Origin: Candidatus Poribacteria bacterium | GTDB taxonomy: Bacteria; Poribacteria; WGA-4E; JAJDTR01 | NCBI GenBank assembly: GCA_965222225.1 | Contig: CBDCTK010000002.1 | Span: 3,712,001 to 3,776,000 of the forward strand | Length of the DNA stretch: 64,000 bases | Direction: 5' to 3' | Shown here: positions 58,525-64,000 of the stretch, piece after piece | Numbering within the stretch: position 1 is the stretch's first letter | Layout: every line of letters starts with the position of its first letter | The notes under the pieces: generated by a model | Databases searched by the model: none | Seen by the model: only the letters and a program-made list of their open reading frames with translations | Told to the model about the DNA's origin: nothing | Made by a program: the position numbers and the translations under genes

Positions 58525-61350
58525 ATGAGTGGCCCGCGCAACACGGAACCGCAAGCGAACGGTGCGCTTGCCCGTGCGCTGAGACGACAGAATCCCGACT
58601 GGAGCGACAGTACTGTCCACGCCGAGCGGACCCACGTAATTCACCAAGCCGAGTCCGGCATGGGAATGAGGCCCGATATTCTCGTCGCACCTCCTCGCCG
58701 TCAGCCGGTGATCGTGGAGACGGAGTTCGCCCCTGCCCGGACGGTCGAGCAGGATGCGATCACGCGGCTGGGGGCGCGTTTGCACAGCACGGGGGAGGAA
58801 ATTGAGGGCGTGCTGTCGGTCGTCTTGCCGGAAAGCCTAAGGACAGGCGACCTTGAAACCGTTCGCACGGCCACGTTTCGATATGCCACGCACTACCTGA
58901 ACGCCGAGGGTGAGAGCATCCGCTGGCCGTCAGAACAGCAGTGGCTTGAAGGGGGTGTGGGCGATCTCGCGGATGCCATCGAGTGGCTGTCGCTTTCGGA
59001 ACGTCAACTCGCACGAGGGACGGAAGCCCTCGAACAAGTGGTACGGCAAGCGGCGGGACTACTGGCCAGGTCTGCCAGAGAAGGTTCCCTAGCAAGGGTC
59101 GCCAGAGACTTGCACCAGAGCCCGGGAGAGCAAACCGACCGCATGGCTGCGGCCATCTGCGTCTCGGCCTTCGTGTTTCACGCAGCGATCGAAGATCAGG
59201 ATAACATCCCGCCCGTCCCCCTAGCGGGATCGATTGACAGAAGAACGCTTGTCAACACGTGGAACGAAATCCTCGCGGTGAACTACTGGCCGATCTTTAG
59301 CATCGCCCGCGATGTCGTAATGGACTTGCCGGTCATGGTCGTGCCTCCGGTCATGGACCGCATCGCGGCGTCGATCTCCGACCTGGCGCAGTTAGGTGCG
59401 ACGACCTATCACGACCTCACCGGCAGAATGTTCCAAACCCTAATCACCGATCGCAAATTCCTCGCAACCTACTATACATTGCCCGAGTCCGCTTGCTTGC
59501 TCGCGGAACTCGCTGTCGAGCGGCTGGAGGTGGACTGGTCAGACCGGGCCGCGATCGAAAGACTTCGGATTGCGGACTTCGCTTGCGGCACCGGAGCCTT
59601 GCTCTCGGCAGCGCAGCGAGCAATTTATCGGCGTTGCCGCAGGACCGGCGACAATGACAGGGACTTGCACCGGGCCGTGATGGAGGGAGTATTGACCGGG
59701 CTGGATATCATGCCCGCCGCAACACATCTGACCTGCTCCATGCTGTCCAGTTCCCATCCCTCGCGGGCCTACGGCGAGTCCCATATTCACACGATGCCGT
59801 ATGGCATGGACGACGACGGGACGCACATCGGCGCGCTCGACCTTCTCGATTCCGCGCCTGCCTATTCCCTGTTCCCTACGGGTGAGTCCATAGGTGGCAC
59901 GCAATCGGACAGTCACAGCGTGCACTCCGTCAGGATTGAGGATAACTCATGCGATTTGGTCATCATGAATCCCCCGTTCACGCGACCCACAAACCACGAA
60001 GCAAGCCACGCCGATATACCGGTTCCGTCGTTCGCAGGCTTCAACACTTCGCACGACGAGCAGCAGGCGATGAGACAAAAACTCAAGAAAACGGCGGGCT
60101 TGTTCAGCAGCGGAAACGCTGGCCTCGCGTCCAACTTCATGGACCTCGGGCACAGCAAGCTGAGAGACGGCGGCGTGCTCGCCTTGGTTATTCCCTTCGC
60201 GTTTGTCCGAGGCAAGTCGTGGAACCGTGCGCGAAAAGCACTGCACGCTAATTACAGCGACGTTCATGTCACGTCCATTGCTGCTAGTGGTTCGACGACA
60301 CGGGCATTCTCCGCGGACACCGGCATGGCCGACTGCCTTGTCGTGGCAACCAAGCGCGCAGGTGGCAATCCCCGAGCCAGGTTCTCCAATCTGACGGCGA
60401 GGCCCTCGACGCTCCTGGAGGCTGCTGTGGGAGCGAAGAAAGCAAGGGGAAAGGCTGTTTTGGGCGACATCCTCAACGCGGGCACAGCAGGCGTTCGGTC
60501 CATGAGCCTCATTGAGGCAGCCCGCTCCTTAGAGGCGAGGAAGCTCCGATTGCCGCGGCAGGTGGAAGCGGTCAACCTGCCCATGGTGACACTCGGCACC
60601 GTAGCGGCGCGGGGCCTTGTTGATCGAGACATCAACGGCGGTCCCACGGATCGCGACAATACCGGCCCACCGCGAGGGCCTTTCAAAAAGCGTCCCATCC
60701 GATCGGGCGAGGTGCCGACGTATCCAATGCTCTGGGCGCATTCCGCTGATCGTGAGCGGAAGTTCGTGGTGTTGCCCGACTCCTGCGGAGATCCGCGTCT
60801 GGACGACGAAGCGCGAGCGGCCCAGCGTTGGAGTTCCGCGGCTTCCCGCCTCCACGCGAACCGAGATTTTCAACTAAACTCCCAGAGCCTTTCCATGTGT
60901 GTCACGCCGGACAAGTGCCTCGGCGGAACCGCATGGCCGAATGTCATTCCGGCCGACGAGCGTCACGAGATCCCGCTGCTGTTGTGGTGCAATTCCACGT
61001 TGGGCCTGCTGATGTACTGGTGGAAGGGCACGCGCCAACAGTCGGGGCGTGCACGTATTACGATCACCGCTATTCCCGACCTTCCCGTGCTCGACCCCCG
61101 CACCTTGACCAACAACCAGGTGGATCACTGCCACGCGGTCTTCGAAGACTTCGCGGCCAGATCGCTTCTGCCCGCGAACGAGGCGTACCGAGACGAAACA
61201 CGCAAGGCACTCGACCGCGCGCTGCTGTTCGGAATCACGAGCGTGCTGCAACTCGACCCGGGACTGGAGGAAGGATTGGAGCTGCTGCGGAAGCAGTGGT
61301 GCGCCGAGCCGTCCGTCCATGGCGGGAAAGCTAACCGAATCGACGCATGA
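58525..61350 (+). CDS. Type IIG-like fused restriction endonuclease / N6-adenine methyltransferase
   Basis: N-terminal RPDILV...VETEF nuclease-like motif; YYT; DFACGTG (motif I); IMNPPF (motif IV); long TRD-like C-terminus. Confidence 0.85.
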   Translation: MSGPRNTEPQANGALARALRRQNPDWSDSTVHAERTHVIHQAESGMGMRPDILVAPPRRQPVIVETEFAPARTVEQDAITRLGARLHSTGEEIEGVLSVVLPESLRTGDLETVRTATFRYATHYLNAEGESIRWPSEQQWLEGGVGDLADAIEWLSLSERQLARGTEALEQVVRQAAGLLARSAREGSLARVARDLHQSPGEQTDRMAAAICVSAFVFHAAIEDQDNIPPVPLAGSIDRRTLVNTWNEILAVNYWPIFSIARDVVMDLPVMVVPPVMDRIAASISDLAQLGATTYHDLTGRMFQTLITDRKFLATYYTLPESACLLAELAVERLEVDWSDRAAIERLRIADFACGTGALLSAAQRAIYRRCRRTGDNDRDLHRAVMEGVLTGLDIMPAATHLTCSMLSSSHPSRAYGESHIHTMPYGMDDDGTHIGALDLLDSAPAYSLFPTGESIGGTQSDSHSVHSVRIEDNSCDLVIMNPPFTRPTNHEASHADIPVPSFAGFNTSHDEQQAMRQKLKKTAGLFSSGNAGLASNFMDLGHSKLRDGGVLALVIPFAFVRGKSWNRARKALHANYSDVHVTSIAASGSTTRAFSADTGMADCLVVATKRAGGNPRARFSNLTARPSTLLEAAVGAKKARGKAVLGDILNAGTAGVRSMSLIEAARSLEARKLRLPRQVEAVNLPMVTLGTVAARGLVDRDINGGPTDRDNTGPPRGPFKKRPIRSGEVPTYPMLWAHSADRERKFVVLPDSCGDPRLDDEARAAQRWSSAASRLHANRDFQLNSQSLSMCVTPDKCLGGTAWPNVIPADERHEIPLLLWCNSTLGLLMYWWKGTRQQSGRARITITAIPDLPVLDPRTLTNNQVDHCHAVFEDFAARSLLPANEAYRDETRKALDRALLFGITSVLQLDPGLEEGLELLRKQWCAEPSVHGGKANRIDA

Positions 61351-61462
61351 ACGATCCCAATTGTGCTATGAGGGACACAGTGAAGAATCAAGCGGAGAAG
61401 CCAAAGCGCGAGAACGACGGGGCTATATCAGGCAAACGGGACGAATAACCAAGCGCCTGTAG

Positions 61463-61939
61463 TTGACGGCAATAAAGTGTTACACGGTTACCTTGGTTAG
61501 GATTGTATATAAGCCCCACAAATCGCGCGGATTAGTGTGCATTGAGCTTGGTCGGCCGGAAGAGGCTATCGACGACTTTAACAAGGCGCTACAGTTAAAT
61601 CCAGATGACGCCGAAACACTCGTCAGTCGTGGATGGGCTCAATTCTGCCAGGGCGAACATGACCACACCGTTCAAGATTATAGCACAGCGATGGAACTAA
61701 AGCACGGTTGGTCGAGATCCTATTGCAATCGCGCGCTCGCGTTTATGCATCTGCAAAAATGGCGCGACGCCAGGTCCGACCTCACAACAGCCAAGAACCT
61801 CGGTATGAACATTGTGGCGATGTCTCATGAACGATACCCCACCATCTCCCACCTAGAACAAGAGATCGGCGCAGCCGTACCCGAAGACATCGCTAACATG
61901 TTGGGGTACTCCCAATCGCCAGGTGAGACCTCCAACTAA
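61463..61939 (+). CDS. TPR protein, probably 5'-truncated
   Basis: RG....LG..EEAIDDFNKALQLNP TPRs; no convincing start. Confidence 0.65.
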   Translation: MTAIKCYTVTLVRIVYKPHKSRGLVCIELGRPEEAIDDFNKALQLNPDDAETLVSRGWAQFCQGEHDHTVQDYSTAMELKHGWSRSYCNRALAFMHLQKWRDARSDLTTAKNLGMNIVAMSHERYPTISHLEQEIGAAVPEDIANMLGYSQSPGETSN

Positions 61940-61942
61940 TCC

Positions 61943-62164
61943 GATCAACCGAGTGGATAATGAGCGATCAACTGAACGAATAGTGAAGGCGATAGAAAGT
62001 CCTGATAGAGATCCCTTAATCAGCGATTCAGACAATCTCCTTACCTCCCCATTTACCCCTCCCTACCCCCTGACCATCAAGCAAGCGGATAGCGATCAAC
62101 CGACTGAATAAGGAGGGATCAAGTGAGTGAATAGCGAACGCGATAGAACTCCCATGGAGATCCC
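61943..62164 (+). repeat. Nested micro-element clusters
   Basis: Left ends at 61943, 61966, 62075, 62094 and 62117. Confidence 0.85.
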
Positions 62165-62223
62165 ATTCGGACAATCTCCCTCCACTTCCCACGCTCACCC
62201 CAATGTTAAAAACATATTAACAC

Positions 62224-62252
62224 TTGACAAATCCGCCCTAACATGATATAAT
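62224..62252 (+). promoter_or_regulatory. Perfect consensus sigma70 promoter
   Basis: TTGACA-17 bp-TATAAT. Confidence 0.85.
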
Positions 62253-62400
62253 GTGCCACAGTTGCTCTTCGCAAGCATTGGCCCAAACAAGCGACGGAGC
62301 ACGACGAGCAAGCGAGCGGATAGTGAGTGCGATAGTTGATCTCTCGGGATAGTAAATCCCCCAAACACGAACCGCGCTGAACTAAATATCACAATTTTCC

Positions 62401-62461
62401 AGCCCAATGGAGGCTTTCTTTGATGTCTATCAACAGAAAGCCTCCATTGGGCTTTTTTTTT
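62401..62461 (+). terminator. Strong intrinsic terminator upstream of the terminase genes
   Basis: AGCCCAATGGAGGCTTTCT...AGAAAGCCTCCATTGGGCT followed by a T-run. Confidence 0.85.
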
Positions 62462-62577
62462 GGTAGTCGTGGCTGGCCGTAAAACTCCGGTGGTTAGTGA
62501 TCAGTAGCGCCAAGAGAATATCTTGGTTCTTACTGGACACTAGCCACTGCCCACTGCTTTATATGGAGAGTTAGAAT

Positions 62578-63108
62578 ATGTGCGAAACAAACGAAACACT
62601 CAAAATCTCACACGAAGACCACCTAGATGGAATAGTGAACCGCGTCTACGAAAGCTGGGGGACCTCGCAGATTGTTGATTCCTGGATGGAGAAATATCCC
62701 CGGTGGGCGCATCTTGGTCGCAAGATATTTCGAGATGCCGCACGCGTTTCTAATCCTCGGTCTAACAAATTTTCAACCGAATACCGCAAAATATATGAGC
62801 GCACATTAGCGCACTATCGTGAAGAACGCCGCGCACTACTCGAAGCCACGGCTGTCAAGGCTTCAAGCGCAATTTCGGAGATTGTTGAAAGTGTGCGCTC
62901 AAACGTTCCCAACGTCCCTATTGAAAACGCCCACGACCTGCTTCATCTCTCGCGCGTAATCAATCCCCTTAAGGACATCGTGCTCAAGGCCTCACAAGAG
63001 ATAGATCATGACCATAGTAACTCCCATGCCCGTAATACTAACCGAGATGCAGTCGATCGGCTGCTCCGCTACAAAGACTTGGCTGACGAACTCACGGAAG
63101 ATGAATGA
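62578..63108 (+). CDS. Hypothetical protein, positionally a terminase small subunit
   Basis: GGAGAG SD; helical 176 aa; stop overlaps the large-subunit start (ATGAATGA). Confidence 0.6.
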   Translation: MCETNETLKISHEDHLDGIVNRVYESWGTSQIVDSWMEKYPRWAHLGRKIFRDAARVSNPRSNKFSTEYRKIYERTLAHYREERRALLEATAVKASSAISEIVESVRSNVPNVPIENAHDLLHLSRVINPLKDIVLKASQEIDHDHSNSHARNTNRDAVDRLLRYKDLADELTEDE

Positions 63109-64000
63109 TGATGAAGCGTTCTGCCAACTCAGAGCCCATGCCGGCTACGTCTACCCCGATCTCTTTGTCGATTACTACATCAGAAACACCAGCTACCAAC
63201 TGCTCGCGCTCAAAGATTTCCACATCGAAATCCTCAACGCCATCAAACCAGGCGTGTACGGTAAGCAAATAAACGTCCAAGCACCGCGCGGCACCGGCAA
63301 GACGACCCTCGTTAACGGTCTAATCCCTCTTTGGAGGATCTGCTACAAACACTTCGATCTCGCCATGGACAGGCAACCCGAAGAATTCATCCTCATTGTC
63401 AGTCGCAACGAACCCATGGCGTGCCAACGCATAACCGAAATCCGCCAAGTCCTTGAACGCAATCCCCTCATCCGCCAAGATTTTGGCGACTTGGTCGGCG
63501 ATGTGTGGGCGAAAAAAGAGACCGACACCAAGAACGGAATCGCGCTCCGTCCGTTGGGTCGCGGTTCGTCACCTCGTGGTGCGCTGATTGGCGATGTTCG
63601 ACCGACGCTGAAACTGTGCGACGACATTGAAGACCCAAAACGCTGCCTCAATCCCAACCTCCGAGAAGAAGACAGGGACTGGTTCATGACCGACTTCATG
63701 TACGCCGGCGACCTCGGCAGCAAACACTCCAACACCATCATCGTCGATACCGTAAAACACCCCGAATCCCTTTCCGAACACCTCCGCGCCCTCCCCGGTT
63801 GGCGGACGCTGCGCTACCAAGCCGTCCGTTATCCCAAAGACATCTACCACCCCACCGCCGAACGCCTCTGGAAACAGTGGGAACGCGTCTACAGCGACAC
63901 CACCCTCAACGACGACGAACGCGAAGAGAACGCGAATGCGTTCTACGCGAAACATCAAGATGAGATGTCCGGCGGCGTGAAGATGTTGTGGCCGGAAAAA
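63101..64000 (+). CDS. Phage terminase large subunit ATPase; C-terminus runs off the window
   Basis: Not in ORF track. Manual translation: MNDDEAF...QAPRGTGKTT (Walker A)...ILIVS...GRGSSPRG...RPTLKLCDDIED (Walker B)...DWF...IVDTVKH.ESL. Confidence 0.88.
   Translation, partial: MNDDEAFCQLRAHAGYVYPDLFVDYYIRNTSYQLLALKDFHIEILNAIKPGVYGKQINVQAPRGTGKTTLVNGLIPLWRICYKHFDLAMDRQPEEFILIVSRNEPMACQRITEIRQVLERNPLIRQDFGDLVGDVWAKKETDTKNGIALRPLGRGSSPRGALIGDVRPTLKLCDDIEDPKRCLNPNLREEDRDWFMTDFMYAGDLGSKHSNTIIVDTVKHPESLSEHLRALPGWRTLRYQAVRYPKDIYHPTAERLWKQWERVYSDTTLNDDEREENANAFYAKHQDEMSGGVKMLWPEK

Noticed and set aside
62286-62385. Fluoride-riboswitch-like words (GCGACGGAG...AACCGC..GCTGA) in the terminase leader
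   Set aside because: Pairing elements are missing, and the sequence is better explained as decayed nested micro-elements.
63092-63958. Minus-strand ORFs at the window end
   Set aside because: Antisense shadows of the terminase large subunit.

Overview
Bacterial chromosomal window. Gene content and style (LRR+dockerin protein starting VEIPDPNLRAAI, PhyH dioxygenase, GH32-like propeller, Cu/Zn SOD) suggest a sponge-symbiont lineage such as Ca. Poribacteria; this is inference. Bases 1-48 kb are mostly housekeeping and metabolic genes: trpC, trpD, ctpA, xdhC, nuoI, guaB, tsaD, tsaC, pncA, ubiE/menG, pheST under a Phe T-box, and infC(ATA start)-rpmI-rplT. Among them sit an IS1595 element, a frameshifted REP-associated tyrosine transposase (RAYT), two MITE-like elements and several GTAG-type REP families. 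Bases ~48.8-61.9 kb form a defence-like island: 3-TM proteins, an HD/DUF5662-like protein, HEPN, Schlafen/AlbA_2, a TGA-interrupted SIR2 and a fused restriction-methylase. From 62.2 kb, a consensus promoter, a ~200-nt leader and a strong terminator precede phage terminase genes. The most unusual signal is a ~36-bp non-coding micro-element (GATCAAnnGAnnGRAYARnGAnnGCGATAG+ARATCCC), with about 27 full or partial copies at about 13 intergenic loci. It has a fixed-length core with position-restricted hypervariability and inserts into REP palindromes and into itself. All coordinates and alignments were made by eye; no database searches were run.
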